Of a stretch of 47,863 bases of DNA, positions 28,346 through 37,366 are shown one piece after another. The DNA is from an uncultured bacterium (GTDB taxonomy: Bacteria > Hydrogenedentota > Hydrogenedentia > Hydrogenedentales > JAEUWI01). The position numbers were made by a program, and so were the translations under genes. Position 1 is the stretch's first letter; every line of letters starts with the position of its first letter. Below the pieces are notes generated by a model, which had not been told where the DNA came from, searched no databases, and saw only the letters and a list, made by a program, of their open reading frames with translations. The stretch is taken from the NCBI GenBank assembly GCA_963977445.1, contig CAXBPH010000011.1:1-47863 (forward strand). The letters run 5' to 3'.

Positions 28346-29476
28346 GTGCTGAAAATTACGATGCTATATACCGCGATCGCCGGGCTCCTTATCCTCAGCG
28401 GGTGCCCGCCGGAAAGCGATACCGTTGCCATTTCCGGAACGATAGAAGCGCGGACGGCGACCGCAGGCTCCCGTGTGGGCGGTCGGGTTATCTCCGTGCC
28501 CGTGGAGGAGGGGGACGCCGTTGCCGAAGGCGATTTACTCGTTCAACTCGACGACAAAGAGGCTTTGGCTGTGCTTGCTGCGGCTACGGCGCAGGTTGCG
28601 GCCCGGGAGGCGGTGCTGGCCAAGTTGGCGGCGGGTGCCACGGCGGAGCAATTGCGTCAGGCAGAAGCGGCGGCCCAGGTGACGGCGGCCCAATTGGAAA
28701 TGGCCCTGAAAGGGGCCCGAAATGAAGAGATTCGGGCGGCCAATGCGGCGTTGGATGCGGCGGCCGCACAGCGCACGGTCACCCGCAAGGAATTTGAGCG
28801 GGTGGAGAGCCTCCTGGCAAAGAAGGTGGCCTCCCAGCGGCAGTTTGACCAGGCCAAAGCGGCTATCGACGCGGCCGAAGCCCAGTATCGCGGCGCGAAG
28901 GATCAACGGGACCTCGTGCTGAGCGGTGCGCGGGACGAAGAAATTGCCATGGCCCGGGCGGCCAACGAGCAGGCCCAGGCGGTTCTGGCGGAAATTAAAG
29001 TGGGTGCCCGGGTGGAAGATATAGCTGCGGCACGGGCCGCCCGCGACGGTGCTATCGCCGAGCAGCAACGGGCACAAATTGGGGTGGACGAGTCACGGAT
29101 TCTTGCGCCCCAAATGGGCATCGTCGAGTCCCTCGATGTGCGCCCCGGTGACCTGGTCCGGCCTGGCCCCGTGGTGCGCGTGGTGGACCCGGAAGACTTG
29201 GAAGTTACCTTGTTCGTCGGGGCCGCCCTGTTGGGCTACGTCCGCGTGCAGGAAGAGATCAGTTTCAAGACCGATGCCTTTGGTGAGGAGCGCTTCTCTG
29301 GCACCATTCGTCGTATCGCGTCAGAGGGGGAGTATACGCCCCGCAATCTGCAAACCGAGGAAGAACGGGTCCAACAGGTCTTTGGCGTTACCCTCGGGCT
29401 GACCTCCCACGAGGGCAAGCTGCGGCCGGGAATGTCCATCACCGCCCTCTTGCCCCGAAGTGTCGAGGGCTCCTGA
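28346..29476 (+). CDS. HlyD-family periplasmic adaptor (YbhG-like) with lipoprotein signal; exact start uncertain
   Basis: LLILSGC lipobox, SGTIEA, VEEGDAV lipoyl half, long coiled coil, EYTPRNLQTEEER. Confidence 0.88.
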   Translation: MLKITMLYTAIAGLLILSGCPPESDTVAISGTIEARTATAGSRVGGRVISVPVEEGDAVAEGDLLVQLDDKEALAVLAAATAQVAAREAVLAKLAAGATAEQLRQAEAAAQVTAAQLEMALKGARNEEIRAANAALDAAAAQRTVTRKEFERVESLLAKKVASQRQFDQAKAAIDAAEAQYRGAKDQRDLVLSGARDEEIAMARAANEQAQAVLAEIKVGARVEDIAAARAARDGAIAEQQRAQIGVDESRILAPQMGIVESLDVRPGDLVRPGPVVRVVDPEDLEVTLFVGAALLGYVRVQEEISFKTDAFGEERFSGTIRRIASEGEYTPRNLQTEEERVQQVFGVTLGLTSHEGKLRPGMSITALLPRSVEGS

Positions 29477-30426
29477 TGGCGAGCGTCATTCAGGTCGATA
29501 AGCTTACCCGACGTTTTGGATCCATGACGGCTGTCGATAGTGTCAGCATGGATATTGAGGAAGGGGACATTTTTGGATTTCTCGGTCCCAACGGCTCGGG
29601 AAAGACGACCCTGATCCGCATGCTCTGCGGATTGCTCCATCCCACATCGGGTGGCGGCACGGTGTTGGGCTATGACCTTGTAAAAAACAGCGAGGACATC
29701 AAACGCAGCATTGGCTACATGTCCCAGCAGTTCAGTCTTTACGCCGATTTGACGGTGATGGAAAACCTTCGGTTCTATGCCGGAATCTATGGCATTCCTC
29801 GCCGTACGCGAAAGGCCCGCATTGACGCGGTCATTGAGATTGTCGGTATCGGTGAATACCGGAATCGCCTGGCAGGGAATCTATCGGGTGGCTGGAAACA
29901 ACGTTTGGCCCTCGCCTGCGCCCTGGTTCATGAACCCAAGCTCATGTTTCTTGACGAACCTACCGCAGGCATCGACCCGGTTGCCCGGCGTGATCTCTGG
30001 AACCTGCTCTTTGATTTGTCGGCCCAGGGGGTTACTTTTTTTGTGACCACCCACTATATGGACGAGGCAGAACGGTGCAGCCATCTGGCGTACATTTACT
30101 ATGCGCGACTCATGGCCTATGGTACGCCGAACGATTTGAAGGCCTTGCCCGAAGTAACACCGGAAGGTACGGTGCGCTACGAAGTGCGGGTACCCCGCGT
30201 GGCCCAGGCCATGCAACACCTGAACGCCATGAAATACGTGCAGGACGCGACGATATTCGGCGATGCCCTCCATGTGTTGGCCGAGGAAGGGACCGCGTCG
30301 TCGTTGCATACAAATCTTGAAGCGGCCCATTTTGGCCAGGCGGAAATCCGGGAGATACCGGCGACCCTTGAGGATGTATTTGTGACCCTGACCCGTCAGC
30401 GTGCCCTGGAGCGTGGCCATGTTTAA
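29476..30426 (+). CDS. ABC-2 exporter ATP-binding protein
   Basis: GPNGSGKT, LSGGWKQR, FLDEPTAG, TTHYMDEAE. Confidence 0.93.
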   Translation: MASVIQVDKLTRRFGSMTAVDSVSMDIEEGDIFGFLGPNGSGKTTLIRMLCGLLHPTSGGGTVLGYDLVKNSEDIKRSIGYMSQQFSLYADLTVMENLRFYAGIYGIPRRTRKARIDAVIEIVGIGEYRNRLAGNLSGGWKQRLALACALVHEPKLMFLDEPTAGIDPVARRDLWNLLFDLSAQGVTFFVTTHYMDEAERCSHLAYIYYARLMAYGTPNDLKALPEVTPEGTVRYEVRVPRVAQAMQHLNAMKYVQDATIFGDALHVLAEEGTASSLHTNLEAAHFGQAEIREIPATLEDVFVTLTRQRALERGHV

Positions 30427-31534
30427 GGGACTCGTCGCTATCATGTACAAAGAGTCGCGACATATTTTTCGCGATCCCCGCACCCTCTTCCTCATGCTCC
30501 TGTTACCTGCGGTCCAGCTCACCATATTCGGCTATGCCATCGATATGGATGTGAAAAATACCCCTACCTATGTCTACACCCTGGACGGTCGGGCCGAGAG
30601 CCGCGCGCTCATCGACAGCTTTGAAAACTCGGGTTATTTTCACGTCATTGAGGTCGTGCGTAGTGATGAGGAAATCATTGCGGCCATCGTTCGGGGAGAC
30701 GCAAAGATCGGCCTGAAGATTCCCCGCGATTACAGCGATCGTCTGTTGACCGCAGAAAAAACAGAGATTCAGGTGCTAATAGATGGTAGCGATTCCACCG
30801 TGGCCATGCAGGCCCTGAACGTGAGCAACGCCATCGCCCTGCAGAAGTCCATCGAACTGCTCGCGTCCACCCAGGTGGGCAGCACCGATCCGCCCGTATC
30901 CGCCCAGCCACGGGTCCTCTTTAATCCCGACATGCGCACCGCCAATTTCATGGTGCCCGGTCTCGTGGGTGTTATCCTCCAGATGATTACCATGCTGCTC
31001 ACGGCCTTTGCTATCGTCCGCGAAAAAGAAACGGGCACCCTGGAGCAACTCATGGTAACGCCCGTGTCACGGCTGGGCCTGATTCTCGGTAAACTACTTC
31101 CCTTCGGCCTCGTCGGCATCTTTGAAACCGTTTCGGTCCTGTTGCTCATGCGTTACCTGTTTCAAGTGCCCATTGCCGGAAACCTGATGATGCTTGGTGG
31201 CTTTACCCTGATCTTCTTGTTTACGGCCCTGGCCCTCGGCCTGCTTGTCTCTACCTTTGCGGAAAACCAGATTCAGGCCCTTCAATTTTCCTTCTTCATT
31301 ATCCTGCCGTCCGTCTTACTGTCGGGTTTTATTTTTCCCCAGGATTCCATGCCTCCTATTATTCACCTGATTGGCCAGGCCGTACCCGCGACCTATTTCA
31401 TACGCATTCTGCGGGGCATCATTCTCCGCGATACAGGCTTCGACGATCTCTGGATGAACGGTGCCATCCTGGCGGGCATGGGGATATTTGTGTTGAGCCT
31501 GGCGACGCTGAGATTCAGGAAAAACCTGGGGTAG
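30419..31534 (+). CDS. ABC-2 type permease (YbhS/YbhR-like)
   Basis: KE.RHIFRDPR, FNPDMRTANFMVPG, IVREKETGTLEQLMVTP. Confidence 0.92.
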   Translation: MFKGLVAIMYKESRHIFRDPRTLFLMLLLPAVQLTIFGYAIDMDVKNTPTYVYTLDGRAESRALIDSFENSGYFHVIEVVRSDEEIIAAIVRGDAKIGLKIPRDYSDRLLTAEKTEIQVLIDGSDSTVAMQALNVSNAIALQKSIELLASTQVGSTDPPVSAQPRVLFNPDMRTANFMVPGLVGVILQMITMLLTAFAIVREKETGTLEQLMVTPVSRLGLILGKLLPFGLVGIFETVSVLLLMRYLFQVPIAGNLMMLGGFTLIFLFTALALGLLVSTFAENQIQALQFSFFIILPSVLLSGFIFPQDSMPPIIHLIGQAVPATYFIRILRGIILRDTGFDDLWMNGAILAGMGIFVLSLATLRFRKNLG

Positions 31535-31565
31535 GGTTTGGTCTGCTGTAACTTGAAGCATTCTG

Positions 31566-31828
31566 GCTGACTCCACGGGCAAGTCTTGCAGACTTGTCCG
31601 TGCCACCCGGTAGTGGGCTGTTTTTTCTTCGTCGTAATCGGAAGTGCGAATGCACTTATGGAACAAATGAAAACTTCGTGGAGACGAATGAGATAACTCC
31701 GCCGTTTTTTCTGTATGTTGGCTCTTCCGTTCTACAATCACGAAAGTTCACCACGCTGTGGCTTCATCCACATGAGAATAAAGTAACTCGTCTGGGTGGC
31801 ACGGACAAGTCCGCAGGACTTGCCCGTG
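31566..31828. repeat. REP doublet 1 upstream of the RAYT: REP 31574-31608 and inverted REP 31794-31828, 185-bp spacer
   Basis: CACGGGCAAGTCTTGCAGACTTGTCCGTGCCACCC ... GGGTGGCACGGACAAGTCCGCAGGACTTGCCCGTG. Confidence 0.93.
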
Positions 31829-31873
31829 AAAGCTTCAAGGTGTACCCTGATCTCATCAACAGGGGAGCGTTCA

Positions 31874-32437
31874 GTGGCCGCGTTCGAAACTCGAAAAACC
31901 CGCAAGGTCTTCAATACACCCGGTGAAGCCCACGAACTCACCTTCTCGTGTTTCAGACAGCAGAAATTTCTGAGCAAAGTCAGAACCTGCGAATACTTCA
32001 TCGACGCTGTTCGAAAGGCCCGAAAGATCTATAACTTCCATGTGTGGGCTTACGTCATCATGCCCGAACACGTTCACCTCCTGGTGTTTCCTCCGGACGA
32101 TGGCTATGACATGAGTACGATTCAGAAATCGATCAAGCAGTCTGTATCACGCAATGCTATTGACTATTTGAAGGGGGCCAATCCCGTTGGCCTTCGTCTA
32201 CTCGAAACGGGGCAAAAAAATTCACCCCATAGTTTCTGGCGGGCCGGGGGTGGATACGACCGGAATGTCGTTACCTATACGACGTTGGAATTTATGGTCC
32301 ATTATATTCACAATAATCCCGTTCGACGGGGTTTGGTGGAGGAGCCTGGTGATTGGAAGTGGTCGAGCTACAACGAATGGAACGAGCCGGGTTCAGGTCC
32401 ATTGAGCTTGGATAAAGATAGTTTTCCAACACTTTGA
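31874..32437 (+). mobile_element. REP-associated tyrosine transposase (RAYT/TnpA-REP, Y1 HUH family)
   Basis: HELTFSC, AYVIMPEHVHLL (HUH), FW..GGGYDRN, YIHNNPVRRGLV..P.DWKWSSY; flanked by REPs. Start reassigned to GTG 31874 (SD GGGGAG) because the longer ORF starts inside a REP. Confidence 0.93.
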
Positions 32438-32473
32438 ATGGGTTAGGTTTTTCGATTGGGTAAAGGCACTTAT

Positions 32474-32722
32474 GCTGACTCCACGGGCAAGTCTTGCAGA
32501 CTTGTCCGTGCCACCCGGAGAGAGCTTATTTACACTTAGTCATTATGGATAGTGCGCATAAACGTTGGGAAGGAAGAATCGTGTGGAGACCTGTATCCCC
32601 GACAGGTTTGTCAGTGCTGTTGATAGCTTGATCGTCCAAACCACCCTTAGGTCGGCTTCACCCGCCTGCAAATAAAGTGCCTCGTCTGGGTGGCACGGAC
32701 AAGTCCGCAGGACTTGCCCGTG
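32474..32722. repeat. REP doublet 2 downstream of the RAYT: REP 32482-32516 and inverted REP 32688-32722, 171-bp spacer
   Basis: 45 bp (32474-32518) identical to 31566-31610; 32688-32722 identical to 31794-31828. Confidence 0.93.
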
Positions 32723-32842
32723 GAGATCAGCAAGATCTAGCCGAGATTTTGGGGCATTGGGAAGCACGGGGTATACTACCCCGAACAGGCTGTTCGATCT
32801 GATTTCAGCGCTTCTCCTCAACCACCTACGGAAAGTCCCCCC

Positions 32843-33484
32843 ATGATCCGTGCAGTACTCTTTGATCTCGATGGCACCCTGATGGATTCAACCGATGCCA
32901 TCATTGATTCCTGGTTTTATACCTTCGACTTTCTGGGGGTGCCCCGGCCCGACCGGCAACTGATTATCAACACCATCGGGTATCCCTTGCGGAAACAGAT
33001 CCCCATGATGACCAACCACGACGTGGATGAGTGCATCCGAATTTATCGGGGGCACTACACGGAGCATAGCGCTCCCAAGACCTTCCTGCTGCCGGGCGCG
33101 GAAGAGGCGCTGGCGACTTTTGCGGACCGGGGCCTCCGTATGGGCTTTGCCACCTCGAAAAAACGAGAAGCGGCAGAGATGCTCCTGGAACATCTGGGTG
33201 CCCTCCACTATATGGACGCCCGCATTGGCCCCCTGGAAGTGACCAACCACAAGCCCCACCCGGAGGCCGTGCTCAAGGCCATGGAAGCCCTCGACGTCTC
33301 ACCGGAAGAGACTGTTTTTGTGGGAGATATGCATTTTGATGTCCTCGCAGGCCTCGCCGCCGGCGTGACAACTCTGGCGGTGACGACGGGCTATGAAACC
33401 CGTGCGCAATTGGAGGCCCTTAAGCCTCATGGGGTCTATGACTCCCTGTTCGAGGTGCGGGATCACGTTCTGGGCCTGCTATGA
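32843..33484 (+). CDS. HAD-family hydrolase (Gph/PpaX-like)
   Basis: FDLDGTL, ATSK, KPHPE, VGDMHFD. Confidence 0.9.
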   Translation: MIRAVLFDLDGTLMDSTDAIIDSWFYTFDFLGVPRPDRQLIINTIGYPLRKQIPMMTNHDVDECIRIYRGHYTEHSAPKTFLLPGAEEALATFADRGLRMGFATSKKREAAEMLLEHLGALHYMDARIGPLEVTNHKPHPEAVLKAMEALDVSPEETVFVGDMHFDVLAGLAAGVTTLAVTTGYETRAQLEALKPHGVYDSLFEVRDHVLGLL

Positions 33485-34779
33485 GCAAAGGCACGGCCAT
33501 AGCGTCCAACGGGGTGCCCGAGCACCTCGTCCGGCGTAATTTCTGGCTGTGCGTGGGCAACGGGGCCATCGTGTCCATGGGTTCGGCCTTTTTCAGCTTT
33601 GAAACGGTCATGGCCGGCCTGACTTTCACTCTCACGGGCTCGACCTTCCTCGTGGGGCTGGTGACGGCCATGGCGACCTCCTGCTGGCTCTGGCCCCAGC
33701 TCCTGGTGGGCAACTACATCGAGCACCGCCCACGGAAGATGCCCGTCTATCGGTTCTCCGTGATTCTCCGGTGTTGTGCCCTGGTCACCATGACCGCCGC
33801 GCTCTGGCTCTTTTCCGACCGGCCCTATGTCCTCTATACGATTCTTCTCCTCGGGACGATTGGCTTCGCGACCGGCGGCGGCATCTGCGTTATTCCCTTT
33901 ATGGATGTCCTTGCAAAATCGATCCCACCAGAGCGTCGGCCCATGTTGATGGCCTGGCGAAGGACTCTCGGTGGGATTTTGGGCGGCGTGGCAGGCTTGC
34001 TCACCCTCTACGTCCTCAGCGAGCGCAGTGGCCTAAGTTACCCGACGAACTATGTCATCCTTTTTACTGCCGGTGGACTCATCAACTTTGTGGCCTATGC
34101 GTGTTTTCTGGCATCCCACGAGCCTATTGAGCCCGTGGATACGGAGCAGAAGTCCTTCCTCACCTTTATGCGAAAGGGGTTGGCGGTCTTCAGGAGTGAC
34201 CGGGATTTTCGGAACTATTTCTACTTTCGCCTCTGTCTCGCGGTGGCTTATATGAGTCAGACCCTCCTCGTTCCCTTTGCCATCGTTCGATTCAATACCC
34301 CCTTGGAAGCGACCGGACTTTTCGCGGCGGGTATTGCGATTACCGGGGGCGTGGTCAGTATATTCTGGGGTCGCGTGGCGCAAAAGCTCGGGGAAGTGCC
34401 TCTCTTTACCCTCTCCAGCGCGCTGGCCGTCGTGCCCTGTGTGTTTATCGCGGGCCTGGCCTGTCTGCCCGAAGGCCATCCCTTGTTGCAGGCGGCCGCG
34501 CCCTGGTCTTCCTGGATCGTGCTTGGGGTCTTTGCCGCCCTGACCGCCGCCCGCCAGGGCATCGACATGGCCGGCACCCTCTACATGCTCGTGTTGCCCC
34601 CCGCCCAGTCACGACCGACCTACTTCGCCTTCATGCACTCCCTCAGCGCCCCCCTTATGCTGAGCCCCATGCTCGCGGGGTGGCTGGCGGAACACATTTC
34701 CTTCGGCGCGGCCTTTGCGCTCTCCGCCCTCGCTGCCGTCGCCATGGCGGGCGTGAGCCTTCGTCTGCGTCACCGCTGA
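33481..34779 (+). CDS. MFS transporter
   Basis: 432 aa, about 12 TM helices; overlaps the HAD stop (ATGA). Confidence 0.82.
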   Translation: MSKGTAIASNGVPEHLVRRNFWLCVGNGAIVSMGSAFFSFETVMAGLTFTLTGSTFLVGLVTAMATSCWLWPQLLVGNYIEHRPRKMPVYRFSVILRCCALVTMTAALWLFSDRPYVLYTILLLGTIGFATGGGICVIPFMDVLAKSIPPERRPMLMAWRRTLGGILGGVAGLLTLYVLSERSGLSYPTNYVILFTAGGLINFVAYACFLASHEPIEPVDTEQKSFLTFMRKGLAVFRSDRDFRNYFYFRLCLAVAYMSQTLLVPFAIVRFNTPLEATGLFAAGIAITGGVVSIFWGRVAQKLGEVPLFTLSSALAVVPCVFIAGLACLPEGHPLLQAAAPWSSWIVLGVFAALTAARQGIDMAGTLYMLVLPPAQSRPTYFAFMHSLSAPLMLSPMLAGWLAEHISFGAAFALSALAAVAMAGVSLRLRHR

Positions 34780-34845
34780 GCCGGGTGATGCGTAGGAAAT
34801 GCCAAACCTACACCGAGGTATTATTTCAAAAAATCCTTACGCTCC

Positions 34846-34874
34846 TTGAACAATATCCCGTCGAACGGTATGAT
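34846..34874 (+). promoter_or_regulatory. Putative sigma70 promoter of the sugar ABC operon
   Basis: TTGAAC-N17-TATGAT ending 8 nt before ATG 34883. Confidence 0.55.
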
Positions 34875-34882
34875 TCTCCTCT

Positions 34883-37366
34883 ATGTCTGAAACCCTCCTC
34901 CAACTTACGGCCATCGACAAATGCTTCGGTGGCGTTACGGCCCTCCGGGAAGCGCGACTCCATGTGCGCGCCGGTGAGGTCCTCGGTCTTGTCGGCGAAA
35001 ATGGCGCCGGCAAGAGTACCCTTATTAATATCGCCACGGGATTGTTTCCGGCCGACAGTGGGGTGATCCTGCTGGAAGGCAAGACCATGACCTTCGCCAA
35101 TACCCAACAGGCGGCAGCGCAGGGCGTCATGGTGGTGCACCAGGAAGCCGATCTCTTTGCCCAGTTGAGTATTGCGGAAAACATGCTTCTCAGTCGGGGG
35201 CTCGTTCGCGGTCCAGGTGGTCTCATCAATTGGCGTAAAACCAACACCGAAGCCGAGCGCCTGGTCGCCGATTTGGGTGAGCAATTTGATGTGAATCAGG
35301 ACGCCGGGAGCCTGACGGTAGCCCGACGGACCATGGCGGAAATCGCTGCGGCCGTTTCCACATCGCCCAAGGTATTGTTTCTCGACGAGCCCACCGCCTC
35401 ATTGACGGTGAAAGAGATAGAAAATCTGTTCCGACAAATTGCGCGGCTTAAAGCGGCGGGCGTCGGCATTGTTTATGTGAGTCACCGCCTCGAAGAAATT
35501 CTCGAGCTTTGTGACCGCGTGACCATCATGCGCGATGGGGCAACCATCGAGACCCGCATTAAGGCCGACCTCACGATGGATGGCATTGTGTCCACCATGG
35601 TGGGTCGTGAAATGACGTCGAGCAGTGTCAAGCGCGACGTGCCCATTGGCGACGTTCGCATGGCCGTGGACGGACTCACGGCGAAAGATGGCAGTTATAC
35701 GGACATCACGTTCGACGTCCGTGCCGGGGAGATCCTGGGCCTCTACGGATTTGTCGGTGCCGGGCGCAGTGAATTCGCCCAAGGGGTCTTCGGTATAGAG
35801 AAGCCCGTCGCCGGATCGGTGACCATCGACGGCCAGCCCTTGAAAATAAAGACGCCCCGCCAGGCGGTTGCGCAGGGCCTGGCCTATTTGCCCGAAGATC
35901 GCCTCGTGCAGGCGGTATTTCGGGAACATGCGCTCCGCACCAACGGCAGCGTGACCGTGCTGCCACGCTTGAGCACGGGCACGGTTATCAGCAACCGAAA
36001 AGAACACGTCCTGGCGCGGAAGATTATGGAGGAGATGGCGGTTAAGGCGGCCAACATGGAGCAGCCCATTGGCACCTTGAGTGGCGGCAACCAGCAGAAG
36101 GTTATCTTCGGACGCTGGGCGGCCACCGAGCCGAAGGTGCTCATTCTCGACGAGCCGACCCGGGGCGTCGACGTGGGGGCGAAGGCGGAAATTCACAAAC
36201 TCATTTGCGACCTGGCCGAACGGGGTACCGCGATTATTCTCATCAGTTCGGAACTGCCCGAAGTCATGGCCATGAGTGATCGGGTGGTCACCCTTTCGGA
36301 AGGCCGTGTTACGGGCACCTTCAATCCCCGGGAAGATGGGGAGGAGGCCATCGCCGCGGCGGCCGTGCCCCGGAGTGCCGAGAAAGTTGTCGTCGCCCTG
36401 AGTCCCCTCCAGCGTGGCCTCGCCCGTGCCCTGCAAATGCGCGAGTTGGGGCTGATAGTGTTTATCGGCCTTCTCGGTGGCTATATGTGCCTGACGAATC
36501 CCGATTCCTTTGCGAACACCAATAATTTCCTCGATATTCTGAAAAATGCCGCCATACCCGCTATTTTGGCGCAGGGGGCCATGCTTATTATCTGTGCAGG
36601 CGGTATCGACATCTCCGTAGGCTCCATGATGGGCTTCGTAGGGGCCTGCGCGGCCTTGGCCGTAACCGCCGGGGTGCCCGCACCGATTTGTCTCGCCCTG
36701 GCCCTTGTTTTGGGTATGGCCTGTAGTTTGCTCAACGGTGGATTGTCACTCGTTGCCCGCATCCATCCGATTATCGTTACCCTGGCCGGTTTGAGCATCT
36801 ATCGCGGTGTCATGCGCTATGCCATGGACGGCAAAGAGATTCGCCATCTTCCCGATGCCTATCGGGCCATCGCCGACGGCGCGTGGCTGGGCGTGCCCAA
36901 GGTATGTTACTACGTGATAGCCATCAGCTTCGCGGTTCATATCCTGCTCCGTTACACCCTGCTGGGACGGCAAATACTTGCCCTTGGAAACTCGGAAAGT
37001 GCCGCCCGGTTAATTGGACTTTCCAAGACAAAATTGACCTTATTCGTCTTTGCGTGCTCCGGTGCGCTGGTTGGATTCTGCGGCGTGTTGAAGCCCGCGT
37101 ATTACAGCAGTGTACAGGCTAATTTGGGCGAAGGGCTTGAGCTACAAGCCATCGCCGCTGCCGTCATTGGTGGCACCAATATCCTCGGCGGACGGGGTTC
37201 TGCTCTGGGCACGCTGCTGGGTGCCGTCCTGGTGGCCCTCCTCTACAACAGCCTCCTGCTTCTCGAAGCCAGCACCTATTGGCAAAATATCTTTGTCGGT
37301 GGTCTTATTCTGTTGGCGGTGTCCGTCGATGCCATCGTGCAACGACTCCGGGGGAGCGCGGCATGA
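34883..37366 (+). CDS. Sugar ABC transporter (CUT2): tandem ATPase domains fused to a permease domain
   Basis: GENGAGKST, LDEPT, LSGGNQQKV, LDEPTRGVDVGAK; then a TM domain with GGIDISVGS and ELQAIAAAVIGGT. Confidence 0.92.
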   Translation: MSETLLQLTAIDKCFGGVTALREARLHVRAGEVLGLVGENGAGKSTLINIATGLFPADSGVILLEGKTMTFANTQQAAAQGVMVVHQEADLFAQLSIAENMLLSRGLVRGPGGLINWRKTNTEAERLVADLGEQFDVNQDAGSLTVARRTMAEIAAAVSTSPKVLFLDEPTASLTVKEIENLFRQIARLKAAGVGIVYVSHRLEEILELCDRVTIMRDGATIETRIKADLTMDGIVSTMVGREMTSSSVKRDVPIGDVRMAVDGLTAKDGSYTDITFDVRAGEILGLYGFVGAGRSEFAQGVFGIEKPVAGSVTIDGQPLKIKTPRQAVAQGLAYLPEDRLVQAVFREHALRTNGSVTVLPRLSTGTVISNRKEHVLARKIMEEMAVKAANMEQPIGTLSGGNQQKVIFGRWAATEPKVLILDEPTRGVDVGAKAEIHKLICDLAERGTAIILISSELPEVMAMSDRVVTLSEGRVTGTFNPREDGEEAIAAAAVPRSAEKVVVALSPLQRGLARALQMRELGLIVFIGLLGGYMCLTNPDSFANTNNFLDILKNAAIPAILAQGAMLIICAGGIDISVGSMMGFVGACAALAVTAGVPAPICLALALVLGMACSLLNGGLSLVARIHPIIVTLAGLSIYRGVMRYAMDGKEIRHLPDAYRAIADGAWLGVPKVCYYVIAISFAVHILLRYTLLGRQILALGNSESAARLIGLSKTKLTLFVFACSGALVGFCGVLKPAYYSSVQANLGEGLELQAIAAAVIGGTNILGGRGSALGTLLGAVLVALLYNSLLLLEASTYWQNIFVGGLILLAVSVDAIVQRLRGSAA

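Noticed and set aside
31796..31873. Longer N-terminus of the RAYT given by the ORF track
   Set aside because: It starts inside a REP; GTG 31874 has an SD and gives a typical family length
31574..32722. CRISPR array interpretation of the 35-bp repeats
   Set aside because: The repeats alternate in orientation, the spacers are 171-185 bp, there are no cas genes, and a RAYT gene lies between them
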